A stretch of DNA of 64,000 nucleotides from an archaeon (lineage in GTDB: Archaea; Nanobdellota; Nanobdellia; Pacearchaeales; GW2011-AR1). A program made the translations under genes and the position numbers. Under the pieces are notes generated by a model. That model was not told the DNA's origin and did no database searches. It saw only the letters and a program-made list of their open reading frames with translations. Numbering within the stretch: the first letter of the stretch is position 1; each line of letters begins with the position of its first letter. Location: NCBI GenBank assembly GCA_043810775.1, contig JBDRNU010000015.1, positions 32,001-96,000 of the forward strand. The letters run 5' to 3'. Below, in pieces: positions 9,388-19,892 of this stretch.

Positions 9388-10415
9388 CTTAAAATTTTTT
9401 TAATTTCATCATAAACTTCATTTACACTAATACTCCTGACGCATTTAATTTTTTCATCTAATTTACACTTAATTGATTTACCATATCTATAACATGGTTG
9501 GCATTCGAGATGCTTGCTTATTATCACTGCTTTTTTATTTAAAGGCATCACATTTTTATTTAGTCCAGGTCCAGATATAACTATTTGTTTAATATTATTA
9601 ATTGCCGCTAAATGCATAAAGACTGTATCTGCGCTTAAGAATATTCTACATTTTTTTATTAAAGCTACACTGTCTTTCATATCATTTGATTCAACAATTA
9701 TCACTCTTTTACTTTTAAAATGCTCCTTAATTTGTTGATTTTCATCTTCCTTTCCAAAGAGAAGAATGATATCTCCTTTATTGATCAAAACTTTCTCTAA
9801 AATATCTTTATAATTATTTATAGGCCATCTTTTCAAGGCCATATTTTTTGTAGTTCCCGATCCAACATGTATTCCTATTAATCTCTTATTATTTAACTTA
9901 TTATTTTTTATAAATTCATTTGCAAATTTTATATTTCTTTTACTTAATTCAATTTCAGGCTTTATTTTTTTTAATTTATAATTACTTTCAAGCAATTCAA
10001 GAGCTTTCAAATTTTGGTTTACAATATGATCTTCATAGTTAAAATTTACCCTATCTTTAAAAAATAATTTATCATAATTATAATAAACAAATCCTATCTT
10101 CCTTTTAGCTTTGATAATAGAAGCAGCTAAGTCATAATGAATCTTAGCTTGGATACAAGTATTTATTGAAACATCATAATTTTCTTTTTTAAGTTTTAAG
10201 CAAAAAGCCAAGCTTTTCATAAAACCTTCTTTTAACATGTTAATTTGATGTATTTTATTAACTTCTTTTACCCCCTCTAGAATACTTTTTGCACCAGGCC
10301 ACATAACTAAAAAATCGATATTTGAATCAGGCTTTATTTTTTTTATTTCTTTTACAAGAGGAATGCTCATAAGGACATCTCCTATCCCGGATAAGTTTAT
10401 AATTAAAATTTTCAT
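9384..10415 (-). CDS. GT9 heptosyltransferase-like protein
   Basis: KILIINLSGIGDVL, KRWP, DT..MHLAA, C-terminal CQPC..C..C. Confidence 0.88.
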   Translation of the reverse strand: MKILIINLSGIGDVLMSIPLVKEIKKIKPDSNIDFLVMWPGAKSILEGVKEVNKIHQINMLKEGFMKSLAFCLKLKKENYDVSINTCIQAKIHYDLAASIIKAKRKIGFVYYNYDKLFFKDRVNFNYEDHIVNQNLKALELLESNYKLKKIKPEIELSKRNIKFANEFIKNNKLNNKRLIGIHVGSGTTKNMALKRWPINNYKDILEKVLINKGDIILLFGKEDENQQIKEHFKSKRVIIVESNDMKDSVALIKKCRIFLSADTVFMHLAAINNIKQIVISGPGLNKNVMPLNKKAVIISKHLECQPCYRYGKSIKCKLDEKIKCVRSISVNEVYDEIKKILR

Positions 10416-11179
10416 TTTGTAACCTTGTAAAATACAGATACCAATGGTCTAAGTATTTTTGTAAATTTAACAAAAGGACTGTATATAAATCTCAATCTAA
10501 TAATAGCAAGAAACATTCTTACACTAGTTTGTATACCATTTATTGAACCCCCACCTATATCATACCACTCTGTGGGATATTCTTTTATCTTAAAACCTTT
10601 TTTATAAGCAGCATATAGTAAGTTAACATCAAATGCCCATTGACTAATTTTTATTTCAGGCAAAATAGCTTTGATAACCTCTCTTTTAAATAATTTAGCT
10701 CCGCACTGTGTATCTTTAAAAGGCATTAAAAACAATGATCTTACAACAAAGATAAAACCCCAACTCATAATGTCTCTCTTTAATGTCCTATTATGTATTA
10801 TACTTTTTTTAATCCATCTGCTAGCAATAATTCCATCATTATCCTTTAAATTTTCAACCAAATCAAAATAGGCTTTTACAGGGGTAGCATTATCTGCGTC
10901 TACAAATCCTATTAAGTTATTATCTCTTTTTAAAGCATCTTTAAAACCTTCTATTACAGCAAATCCTTTCCCCCCCTTTTTAAGGTTCAAATACATAACT
11001 TCTTTACTCTTTTTAGAGAATTCCTTTACAATTTTTTCAGTATTATCAGTTGTATTATTTATTATCACTAAAATCTCAAAATTAATTTTTTGATTTTTCA
11101 AAAATTTAGTATAATCCTCCAGAGTTTTGCCAATTCTTTTTTCTTCATTGTATGCTGGAATGATAATACTTATTTTCAT
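10412..11179 (-). CDS. Dolichyl-phosphate glycosyltransferase (GT2, ALG5/AglD-like)
   Basis: SIIIPAYNEEKRI, GKGFAV, FVDAD, DTQCGAK, FDV motifs. Confidence 0.88.
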   Translation of the reverse strand: MKISIIIPAYNEEKRIGKTLEDYTKFLKNQKINFEILVIINNTTDNTEKIVKEFSKKSKEVMYLNLKKGGKGFAVIEGFKDALKRDNNLIGFVDADNATPVKAYFDLVENLKDNDGIIASRWIKKSIIHNRTLKRDIMSWGFIFVVRSLFLMPFKDTQCGAKLFKREVIKAILPEIKISQWAFDVNLLYAAYKKGFKIKEYPTEWYDIGGGSINGIQTSVRMFLAIIRLRFIYSPFVKFTKILRPLVSVFYKVTK

Positions 11180-12417
11180 CTTTTATTTGGACTTTTATTA
11201 ATTATTATTAAACTTCCTAAAAACATAAAAAAATTAGAAATTAAAAAAGCTATTGCGAACTGTAAGAGTGTTTTATTAAATATAAAAAAAAGAATTAATG
11301 TTAAGATAACAAATAAAAATAGGAAAATAGAATCTAACTTTATTTTATGTGTCGCTAGTCCGTATATTAAAATTAGATTAGTTAGTGATAAAAATGTAAA
11401 AGCTAAACCTATGTAAACCAAAATATTCTTAGCACTAATATATTCTTTTCCAAACATAAGAGTTATAATTAATTCAGGAAATGCCGCGAATAATACTAAA
11501 GCTATAGTACAAATAGGAATTATAATCAAAAGTGATCTTTTAAGTATAATTCCTGCATCTCCTCCCCTTTCAAATCTTTCGCTACTTAAAGGGAACATAG
11601 CTTTACTTATCGCAATTGTTCCAAACAATATCATTTTTCCAAGCAAAGATATAACTGCATAAACTCCTGCTTCCTCAGCTGAAAAAAAACTTTTTGCAAG
11701 CATTACATCAATACTATACATTAGAATTATTACTAAAACTACAATAAATACGGGTAAACTGTAAGAATAAATACCCTCAACCTTACCTTGTGTTTGTTTA
11801 CTTGAAAGCACATCTCTCATAAAGGGAAATGAAATTAAAAAAGCTATAAATACTGAAGTTACAACAGCTCCAACAGCTCCATAAACTCCAAACCCTATTA
11901 AAACAAATGTAATACCTAATATAAGTTTAGATAATGACTCAACAATCATATTAGTTCCCAGAAATTTAAATTTTTTTCTTCCCTGCAAAACCCCTCTTGA
12001 TACTGGCACTAAAAAATATCCAAAAATTAAGACCCCTGTCATTTCAACTATCCAATAATCAATTTTTAAAAAATCCGCAATAAAAAAAGAAAGAAATGAG
12101 TATAGGATGAAAAGTATTAAGGATGCAAAAAATCCTTTTTGAAGTGCCTTAAGCAAAAGATTTTTGATTCTTCCCAAATCTTTTTCAGCATTGAATTTTG
12201 AAGTATATTTAGTTATAACAGTTTGTATAGCTTCAGAAGGTATTGTAAAAATATAAGCTAAGGACATCATAGCTGCAAGAATCCCATATCCTTCAGGTCC
12301 TAACATCCTAGCCATTCCAAAATGGAAGAAGTAATTAATTAGATTAAAAGAGTTCATCATTATCAATAGAATAAAACTTCCTTTTGCAAGTTCATTTGAC
12401 ATAATTCTCTTAATCAT
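11176..12417 (-). CDS. Oligosaccharide flippase (MOP/Wzx family)
   Basis: ARMLGPEGYG motif, about 12 hydrophobic segments, position in glycosylation operon. Confidence 0.85.
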   Translation of the reverse strand: MIKRIMSNELAKGSFILLIMMNSFNLINYFFHFGMARMLGPEGYGILAAMMSLAYIFTIPSEAIQTVITKYTSKFNAEKDLGRIKNLLLKALQKGFFASLILFILYSFLSFFIADFLKIDYWIVEMTGVLIFGYFLVPVSRGVLQGRKKFKFLGTNMIVESLSKLILGITFVLIGFGVYGAVGAVVTSVFIAFLISFPFMRDVLSSKQTQGKVEGIYSYSLPVFIVVLVIILMYSIDVMLAKSFFSAEEAGVYAVISLLGKMILFGTIAISKAMFPLSSERFERGGDAGIILKRSLLIIIPICTIALVLFAAFPELIITLMFGKEYISAKNILVYIGLAFTFLSLTNLILIYGLATHKIKLDSIFLFLFVILTLILFFIFNKTLLQFAIAFLISNFFMFLGSLIIINKSPNKR

Positions 12418-13433
12418 ATTATAAATATACTTTTTCTAAATATATAAAGTCCTAGAACTATGATTAATATCTGGAATACAAAAATTAATCTAACAACATC
12501 TTTTTCAAAAACCTTTTTATTTTTCTTTAATCTTTTAAGTAAAATTATGGCAAAGTGTTCTAGTCCGTAAATTTTATTATAAGGTTTTTCCAAACTTCCA
12601 TCTTCATTAACTTTACCAAAGGAATACTTTTTTAATTTTCCCCTAACTTTCAGGCCAGTCTCTAAAATATAAGGTATGAAGAAAAAAATACTCACTCTTT
12701 CTATATTTCCAAGTATGGCTATTATTGCAATTAATCCTCCAACAGAGTAAGTTAATGAATCCCCTGGGAATATTTTTGATGGATACTTATTAAAAAATAT
12801 GAAAGCAACTAAACAAGCTACCATCGTTAAGCAGATAACAGTCAACCATGAGTTATTAGTATAGTATGTTACAATAGATAATGCTAATAGTATTAGAATT
12901 CCTTGACCAGCCTCAAGACCATTATATCCTGCTAAAAAATTAAAAGTTGTAGCAGCACCAGTTATTCCAATTGGAATTATAACAAATGCATAAAGTATAC
13001 CTAATTGGATTTCTCCCAAAAAAGGGAAGAATACCATAGAATATCCAGCATTTATTACTACTAAAGGAATAGCTGCGAATAGACAAATAAATATTCTAAA
13101 ATTCCTACTTAAACCACCATGTTGCCACCCTAAAAAGTCGTCAATTATTCCAATCCCAGTCAATGTAAGCACAGAAGTAGTTAGTGCTAGTATTTCAATT
13201 ATATTTTCTGTGCTATTATTATAAAAGGTTTGTATAGCTATATAAAACAAAGTACCTAATAAGAATCCTGTAATAACCCCTATTCCTCCGCTCCCAGCAA
13301 GTTTTCTCTTATCAAGTTTATGCATATCTTCCCACAATAGGCCAATTTTAGCAGATTTTTTAATCCAGGGGGGAATAACCAAGAAAGTTATAAAAAAACC
13401 TATAATTATTGGGATTATTGATAAAGCATTCAT
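12414..13433 (-). CDS. UDP-GlcNAc:dolichyl-phosphate GlcNAc-1-phosphotransferase-like (MraY/GPT family, AglH-like)
   Basis: GIIDD, FNFLAGYNGLEAG, NKYPSKIFPGDS motifs. Confidence 0.88.
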   Translation of the reverse strand: MNALSIIPIIIGFFITFLVIPPWIKKSAKIGLLWEDMHKLDKRKLAGSGGIGVITGFLLGTLFYIAIQTFYNNSTENIIEILALTTSVLTLTGIGIIDDFLGWQHGGLSRNFRIFICLFAAIPLVVINAGYSMVFFPFLGEIQLGILYAFVIIPIGITGAATTFNFLAGYNGLEAGQGILILLALSIVTYYTNNSWLTVICLTMVACLVAFIFFNKYPSKIFPGDSLTYSVGGLIAIIAILGNIERVSIFFFIPYILETGLKVRGKLKKYSFGKVNEDGSLEKPYNKIYGLEHFAIILLKRLKKNKKVFEKDVVRLIFVFQILIIVLGLYIFRKSIFII

Positions 13434-13462
13434 TTTCTTCCAATGGTTTATGTGTTTTTAAA

Positions 13463-16198
13463 TTATTGCTTATGCAATCTTACATCATCAGGATAAGCAG
13501 TATCGAGGTAATCTGGATTAATTTTAATCCCTTCTGGATACTCTATTTCCCAAATCTTAATTGGTCCCAATACACTTCCTTGATATAGAACAAACGATCC
13601 AAGATTCAAACCTTGAGATCTTAAACTCTCAATTATTAAATTATTTTCTTCATGAACTAACTTAAAACCTTTACTATTATCATTCATCAAATAAAGTCTA
13701 GCCATCAATCCATTAACAGTTCTTGGGCTTAAATAAATTGCACCACCTAGTTCATTAACTTTTAAACCTCCTCCACTTTCACTATCTAATCTTTGGAAAA
13801 TAACTATCCCTGCTTCAAATCCTTGTTCATAATCATATAAAATATTATTAATATAAAGATATCTTAAGGGAATTCTTTGTTGCTGTCCTTTATAAATTAA
13901 AATAGCCTCTGGTTGAAGGACTATATTATTCTCAGTTTTTAGTTCAATACCTCCAATACCAGCTATTCCCGCAGGTAATAATATTTGTCCATTATTAGTT
14001 TCCCATAATACATCTTCATCAAGCCCTATGTTACCACTGTACAAATATCTTGTTCCATTTCTAGTTTCTTCATAATCAATCAAGGTAACTACAGGAATAT
14101 AACTAGATCTATCATAATCAGGGTCTGAGCCAATCATAGAATATGCAGGGTATTTACCTATATCTGTCGAGTCAATTAAAAAGTGAGTCGTATTATGGCT
14201 GTATAAAAATTCCAAAGCATCTTCTTCTGAAGGACTAGTCAATACATGCCTCCCTATTAAATGATTCCAGTAAGATATTGAATTACCTCCATCCAACACC
14301 GTGGCCCTATCCCCTATACTTTGAATCCAATATCCGTAATCCCACCAGTGAGCAAATACAGCATCTTCAGGTGTATTTAATCTCACCCACTCCATTGCTT
14401 TTTGCCATTGTTGGGTGTAAATAGAAGGTACCATGCTCATGGCTTGATCTTCTGTAGATTTGTAATTAAAATAAAAACCATATACTACTGATAAGACAAC
14501 TAAAACAGCAATTACTATAAGTGTCATTCTCATTGTTTCATCTTTTTGACTTTTTATTTTTTCAATTATTGAAACAGTAAAAAAGCCCACAATCCCTGCC
14601 GCTGGAGGTGCCAAAACCATAATTAGCCTAACTGCACTCCTAGCTCCAATTAGACTTGTAAAAAAGAAAGCAAGTAAAAACAAGTAACTAAAATTTATTT
14701 TTTTAAACTCATCAAGAGCATCTTCTTTATAATATTTATAATATAAATAAGCACCAGCTGCCATCAATAAAATAAAACTACCATAGTATACTAGTTTACT
14801 AATATTATTCGCTCCATTCATTAAACTATTTTGATCATATCTGCTGAATATCAATCCAAATAAAAATATAATATACAAGATAACTAATAGATACTTCCCA
14901 TCTTTTCTTAGTTTTTTTACTGATTCATAAAAAAGTAAAATACTTCCAACAAAAAAAAGCCAAAAAAACAAGGGAAAACCTTTTACAATTGGTCCAAATG
15001 ATCCGGCCCACTCTCCAAAATAAGGCTGCCTATTTTCTGCAACAGTAAAAGAAAGTCTGTCTGAATAAGGATTTGATAAATGAGATATTACATCTCCAAA
15101 AAAGTTAGGGATAAATGATATACCTAAAAAGACTATAGAAAACATAAAAGCCAAAATAGCTGAAAAAATAATTGAAACAAGCTTCTTAGGATACTTCTTA
15201 CTTAACCCTTTTATAAATTTAATATCTTTTAGTTTAGTATTAAAAATCAAGAAATCTACAAGTAAAAATGCAAATACTATAAAGCTCAATCCTGAAGAAG
15301 TGGAGTAAATAAGCCCTTTAAGAGTATATCTTTCATAAAGTATCATTACTGTTGCTACTGATAATATTAACCAAATAGAATAAATATAAAACTCTTTTTT
15401 TCCAGTTTTTTCAAGAAAAAAAGCCACAAACATAAATAAAGATATAACTACAAAAATATAAATCCAACCACCCCATATTAGTCCCATTATCCCTGTGGAC
15501 AATCCTGCCAAACCTGCTAGTGTTAAACTACTTTTTAGCTTGTTAGATTTCCAAGCAGATATAAAAAAGTAAAAAGCCACAAACATAAATAAAAATCCAG
15601 CCGATTCTTTTTCAGGAATTCCAGCTACAGTTCTTGATAGTAGTGATGGTGACACAATTAAAAATGCAGTAGAAATTAAAGATATTAAATCACAGTACTT
15701 ATTATCTTCAAAAACTTTTCTTATAAAAAGAAAAAAAGCAATAACTGTCAACAGAAACATAAACACTGGAAAAATCACTGCAGAATAATTTACTGTAACG
15801 GGTGAGAAGAAATTCAATACTTTATGGAAGTAGGCAATCATATAAGGTAAAAGTTGAGTTTCTCCAGCCGTAGGATAGCCTAAAGGGACATATCTCATCA
15901 TATCTAATTCCATTAACCCTCCATTAGTAACAATATATTTCGCATATCTTAAGAACAAGAATGGGTCTAAATCTGGTCCCAAAGTATAATCCCCTGTAGT
16001 TATATCTTTAAGATTTTCAACATTTACAGTTCTAATATGCCATGCCAAAAAAAGAAGTATGATTAAACCAACTATAGCTAATATTGATTTTTTGTTCTTA
16101 ATAAATTGCATAAATTTTTTCTTTCTTTCCTCAATTATCTTATCTTCCTCACTTTTATGTTCCACAGTTTCCTCTTTATAATTTTTTTCTTCTTCCAT
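13463..16198 (-). CDS. aglB: Archaeal oligosaccharyltransferase (STT3)
   Basis: DLDP, EKE, TVAE, HWWDYG, DGG and DIGK motifs; multi-TM N-half. Confidence 0.95.
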   Translation of the reverse strand: MEEEKNYKEETVEHKSEEDKIIEERKKKFMQFIKNKKSILAIVGLIILLFLAWHIRTVNVENLKDITTGDYTLGPDLDPFLFLRYAKYIVTNGGLMELDMMRYVPLGYPTAGETQLLPYMIAYFHKVLNFFSPVTVNYSAVIFPVFMFLLTVIAFFLFIRKVFEDNKYCDLISLISTAFLIVSPSLLSRTVAGIPEKESAGFLFMFVAFYFFISAWKSNKLKSSLTLAGLAGLSTGIMGLIWGGWIYIFVVISLFMFVAFFLEKTGKKEFYIYSIWLILSVATVMILYERYTLKGLIYSTSSGLSFIVFAFLLVDFLIFNTKLKDIKFIKGLSKKYPKKLVSIIFSAILAFMFSIVFLGISFIPNFFGDVISHLSNPYSDRLSFTVAENRQPYFGEWAGSFGPIVKGFPLFFWLFFVGSILLFYESVKKLRKDGKYLLVILYIIFLFGLIFSRYDQNSLMNGANNISKLVYYGSFILLMAAGAYLYYKYYKEDALDEFKKINFSYLFLLAFFFTSLIGARSAVRLIMVLAPPAAGIVGFFTVSIIEKIKSQKDETMRMTLIVIAVLVVLSVVYGFYFNYKSTEDQAMSMVPSIYTQQWQKAMEWVRLNTPEDAVFAHWWDYGYWIQSIGDRATVLDGGNSISYWNHLIGRHVLTSPSEEDALEFLYSHNTTHFLIDSTDIGKYPAYSMIGSDPDYDRSSYIPVVTLIDYEETRNGTRYLYSGNIGLDEDVLWETNNGQILLPAGIAGIGGIELKTENNIVLQPEAILIYKGQQQRIPLRYLYINNILYDYEQGFEAGIVIFQRLDSESGGGLKVNELGGAIYLSPRTVNGLMARLYLMNDNSKGFKLVHEENNLIIESLRSQGLNLGSFVLYQGSVLGPIKIWEIEYPEGIKINPDYLDTAYPDDVRLHKQ

Positions 16199-16210
16199 TT
16201 TAGAAAAATA

Positions 16211-16360
16211 CTACTTATCCTTCCCTATTTCATCCAATATTTCTTCAGCTGTCTGTTCTTTAACTACTGTACCTTTCATATCACAGTAAGGACACTTTTT
16301 GGGCGTACTTCCCTGAAAATCAAATCTGTAATTACAGCTTTTACAACTATATTTTGTCAT
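16211..16360 (-). CDS. 49-aa zinc-ribbon protein MTKYSCKSCNYRFDFQGSTPKKCPYCDMKGTVVKEQTAEEILDEIGKDK (not in ORF track)
   Basis: Hand translation; CxxC...CPxC; TTTAAATA box 29 nt upstream of ATG; ends 12 nt before aglB start. Confidence 0.8.
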   Translation of the reverse strand: MTKYSCKSCNYRFDFQGSTPKKCPYCDMKGTVVKEQTAEEILDEIGKDK

Positions 16361-16412
16361 GATTTTATCAGTTTTATTTAATATTTAAATTTATGGTTAA
16401 TAGAATAAAATA

Positions 16413-17879
16413 TCAGTTTATTTTAATTGGTTTTAATTTATTATATAACTTAACAGCATCTTCTAACTCTGCCTTTGATTCTGAATATATAGTGAGTATT
16501 TTTTCCCCTTTCTTTGTTTTGTTTCCAATATGCTTGTAAAGATAAATTCCTGCCATTTTATCAAGAGGGCATCCAGCAGTTATTGCAATATGATTTATTT
16601 TCTTATTACTCATTTCACTAATTTTCCCCCCCTTTTCACTTAAAATATCTTTCTTAAACTTTCCAGGTTTTAAGTTTATAATCCTTCCTTTCTGGGCCTT
16701 AATAATTTGCTGGAATTTCTTCCAAGCCATTCCTGAATCGAGTAAGTTATATGCTCTCTCAAAACCTTTTCCTTTTTTCACTTTTCCTGTAAGTTCAAGC
16801 AAAGTTCCTGATAAAAGCAAAGCTCTTTTTTCTAGCATAAAACAGGAATCTTCTCTTTTTAAGACCTTAATCACATCATTCATTTCAAGTACAGGTCCAA
16901 TCCCATTTCCCATAGGTTGCTCAGCTTTAGTTAATATACAACATATTTTTATTTTGAACTTCTTACCTAGTTTCAAGAACTTATTTTGTAAAGATAATGC
17001 TTCTTTTTTATCAACTTTAGCATCTTTTCCATAAGGAATATGAATGACTATATATTTTGCATTTACTGCCAGTTTTTTAGCCATAATACTAGCTATAAGT
17101 TGAGGTTCGGGATCTAACATTAGTAATTTTTCAACTTGTATAATTTTATCATCTGCAGGAGCTAAACCCAAGCTACCTCCCCAGATGATACAGGCGTCTG
17201 TCTTGTTAATTATTTTTTTTATTTCACTAATTGAAAACTCTACCTTGCACAGTGTTTCAAGAGCGTCCGCTGTTCCAGCAGCGGTTGTAATTGCTCTGCT
17301 TGAAGTTTTAGGCATAACTAAACCATCTGCAGCACATATAGCTACAACTATAGGGGTTGTTCTTCCAGCAACTCCTCCTATGCTATGTTTATCTGCTATA
17401 ATTCTTTTATCAATCTTTAACAATCTACCACTAGATACCATTGCTTCGATTAAGTGTTTTATTTCTTCTAAATTCATACCACATTTATATATTGAAGAAA
17501 CAAAATAAGCTATTTCCGCTTCAGTTAAAGCATTGCTTACTATATCTTTTATTACTACTTTAAGTTCATTCTTTTTTAACACACCACATCTAAGTTTTTT
17601 ATTTATATATTGGATACTTTCAGGTATGTTACTCAATGAAATCCTCACAAAATCTCCTTTTTTAAGCTTTAGTCTACTAATCACTTCTGTAGACACTGCA
17701 ATTTCACTCTCTTTTATCAAGTCTTCAGAAAAATCAACAATAGAAATAATTTTATGTGAATTTTTTCTTATTAGAATTCTATCGCTAAGGTGTAGGCTCA
17801 TTCTTTTAGCTAATTTATTATGCAATATTACTACAGGCCTACCAGCACTCCATTTTAGAAGTTTAATTTTTAGTTTCAC
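16413..17879 (-). CDS. AMP phosphorylase (thymidine phosphorylase family, archaeal type)
   Basis: N-terminal extra domain, DKHSIGGV, PKTSSRAIT..AGTAD, LAPADD, SIMAKK; GTG start. Confidence 0.9.
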   Translation of the reverse strand: MKLKIKLLKWSAGRPVVILHNKLAKRMSLHLSDRILIRKNSHKIISIVDFSEDLIKESEIAVSTEVISRLKLKKGDFVRISLSNIPESIQYINKKLRCGVLKKNELKVVIKDIVSNALTEAEIAYFVSSIYKCGMNLEEIKHLIEAMVSSGRLLKIDKRIIADKHSIGGVAGRTTPIVVAICAADGLVMPKTSSRAITTAAGTADALETLCKVEFSISEIKKIINKTDACIIWGGSLGLAPADDKIIQVEKLLMLDPEPQLIASIMAKKLAVNAKYIVIHIPYGKDAKVDKKEALSLQNKFLKLGKKFKIKICCILTKAEQPMGNGIGPVLEMNDVIKVLKREDSCFMLEKRALLLSGTLLELTGKVKKGKGFERAYNLLDSGMAWKKFQQIIKAQKGRIINLKPGKFKKDILSEKGGKISEMSNKKINHIAITAGCPLDKMAGIYLYKHIGNKTKKGEKILTIYSESKAELEDAVKLYNKLKPIKIN

Positions 17880-17903
17880 TTTATTTTATAAAGATTATTT
17901 ATC

Positions 17904-18926
17904 TTAAAAAAATCTTCCAAATTTTTTATCTCTATAAGCATCTAATATAATAATTAAATAAGAAATTATTAGAGGACCTATTATTAATCCTAAAATACCA
18001 AATACTATTAATCCTCCAATCATCCCAACTAAGATTAGTGCTGAAGATAAATGGACTTTTTTAGCTACTATATATGGTCTGATAAAATTATCAATTGTTG
18101 AGACAAATAGAGCCCCATACAAAATAAGAATTATTCCAGCAACTGTCCTGCCAATAACAAGTAAATATATTGAGACAGGTAGCCACACTAACCAAGAACC
18201 TAAGACAGGAAATATTCCTGCAAAAATAGCTATTATTGTAAGAATAAGAGCATTAGGAACACCTAATATAAATAGGGCAATTCCTGTTAGTAACCCTTGA
18301 ATTACTCCAGCCACAATAAATCCATATATAACTGAATTAGTTATATCTTTGAATTTTTTTGAAATTTCAGTTTCAACCGATTTATTAAATGGAGACATAC
18401 TTTTAATATATTCTTTGAAATTAGTTGCATCTCTCATAGTAAAGAAATAAACAAATAAAACAACAAACATCTGGAGTAATAAGTTAGGTAGATTAAGTAG
18501 CATTTCTGAAAACTTAGATATAAATACATTTGCAAGTTTAGAGACAAAATTATTAAATTGAATCACCATCTCTCTTGTAAAAGCATCATCTCCTGAGTTT
18601 GGAAGAATAGTGTTAATAATAGAATAAAGATCTAACCCTTGGCTAAATTTATATATTTCAAAAATTTCTCTTGCAACTACGGGAAATAAAAACCAAAGCG
18701 GTAAAAATATAATTATTACTGTAAAAATAACTACAATAAACGAAGATATATTCTTTTCTTTTATATATTTAAATATAAAATTATATACTGGATAAAAAAT
18801 ATATGCTAACAATAGTCCCCATATGATAGCCGTAACTATTGGCCAAACTATAATTAAAGCTAAAACTCCTAAAAAAATAGATATACCCACAACGGCTATT
18901 TTTTTAAAATCCTGTTCACTAATCAT
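17904..18926 (-). CDS. AI-2E family transporter
   Basis: LAYIFYP, IDNFIRP, GG...FG..GLIIGP motifs. Confidence 0.88.
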   Translation of the reverse strand: MISEQDFKKIAVVGISIFLGVLALIIVWPIVTAIIWGLLLAYIFYPVYNFIFKYIKEKNISSFIVVIFTVIIIFLPLWFLFPVVAREIFEIYKFSQGLDLYSIINTILPNSGDDAFTREMVIQFNNFVSKLANVFISKFSEMLLNLPNLLLQMFVVLFVYFFTMRDATNFKEYIKSMSPFNKSVETEISKKFKDITNSVIYGFIVAGVIQGLLTGIALFILGVPNALILTIIAIFAGIFPVLGSWLVWLPVSIYLLVIGRTVAGIILILYGALFVSTIDNFIRPYIVAKKVHLSSALILVGMIGGLIVFGILGLIIGPLIISYLIIILDAYRDKKFGRFF

Positions 18927-18985
18927 AAATTAAATAGACTGGTAAGATTTATAAAGCTTCTTGTAGACTTTATTAAAAAGGTAAA

Positions 18986-19633
18986 ATGGTAGAATGTTTT
19001 ATCAAAAAAATTTTTGAAAATAAGATTGATGAAAGAGTTCATTCTCAATTTATTAGATTTTCAAAAGGAACTTTTGAGGCAAGGGCTGTAATTAATTTAC
19101 ATATTACTTCAAAGATTAAAGTGAAAAGTACTTTTGAGTACGCAAATGACTTCGTTAAGCTCGCTGGAGAGTTAGGGGGAGGAAGGGTTATAGGAATTAT
19201 TATAAAAAAGGAAGGAAACAAAATAGTTAAAGAAAATATTGATAAACCTATTTCTGGAAATGAGCTTGTAGACTTAGTAAGTAATTCTTATTATATTTTA
19301 GCTGACATAGAAGGGCAAGGCTTCAGTGTTAAAATGAAAAAGAAACTGCCACGTCCTTCTGGAAAAGGAGAGGCTAAAGTAGATGATAAATATTGCCAGT
19401 TGGAAGCTGATTTAAAATATAAAGATCCAATAAAAAAAGCATTTTTTTGGGATTTAGCAGAATGTAAGAAAGCTAGGATTCTCCATAAGTACGAAATCAC
19501 AGATATAATTAAACCAAAAGGTGAAACTGATTTTGAGAAAATAAGAACTTTAAGCAAAAGAAAAGGAAGGATTATAAGAAAAATTGAATTTGATGGAAAA
19601 ATTGTTCAAAAGACCAAAGATATAGAATTATAA
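18986..19633 (+). CDS. Hypothetical protein
   Basis: 215-aa ORF with typical composition; no family recognised. Confidence 0.7.
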   Translation: MVECFIKKIFENKIDERVHSQFIRFSKGTFEARAVINLHITSKIKVKSTFEYANDFVKLAGELGGGRVIGIIIKKEGNKIVKENIDKPISGNELVDLVSNSYYILADIEGQGFSVKMKKKLPRPSGKGEAKVDDKYCQLEADLKYKDPIKKAFFWDLAECKKARILHKYEITDIIKPKGETDFEKIRTLSKRKGRIIRKIEFDGKIVQKTKDIEL

Positions 19634-19884
19634 ATTTTTAAAGGCAAATTATCCAATATATTTTTATGACTAATGGGAAAAATATTTAAAATATAAAATA
19701 GATAATGAAAAATATGAATCCAACGCAGCTTGGAAATTTGTCAAATCTTTAAGACAACTCAAATCCACAATCTAACTCTTGAAATATTCTTTCACTTTTT
19801 AAGAAAAAGATTAAGTAGCAAATTATAATACTTTAAAATACTCCTTTAAAAGCTTAGAAAATTATAAATCCCTTTATAATAAGC

Positions 19885-19892
19885 TTTATAAA
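19885..19892 (+). promoter_or_regulatory. TATA box of the ribosomal superoperon
   Basis: AAGC-TTTATAAA; +29 lands on G19914, giving a ~60-nt leader. Confidence 0.6.

Noticed and set aside
1460-10415. Bacterial contamination or chimeric assembly to explain the LPS-type genes
   Set aside because: Archaeal TATA spacing at 1431, same composition, and overlapping junctions with archaeal-type glycosylation genes; read mapping would still be the definitive check
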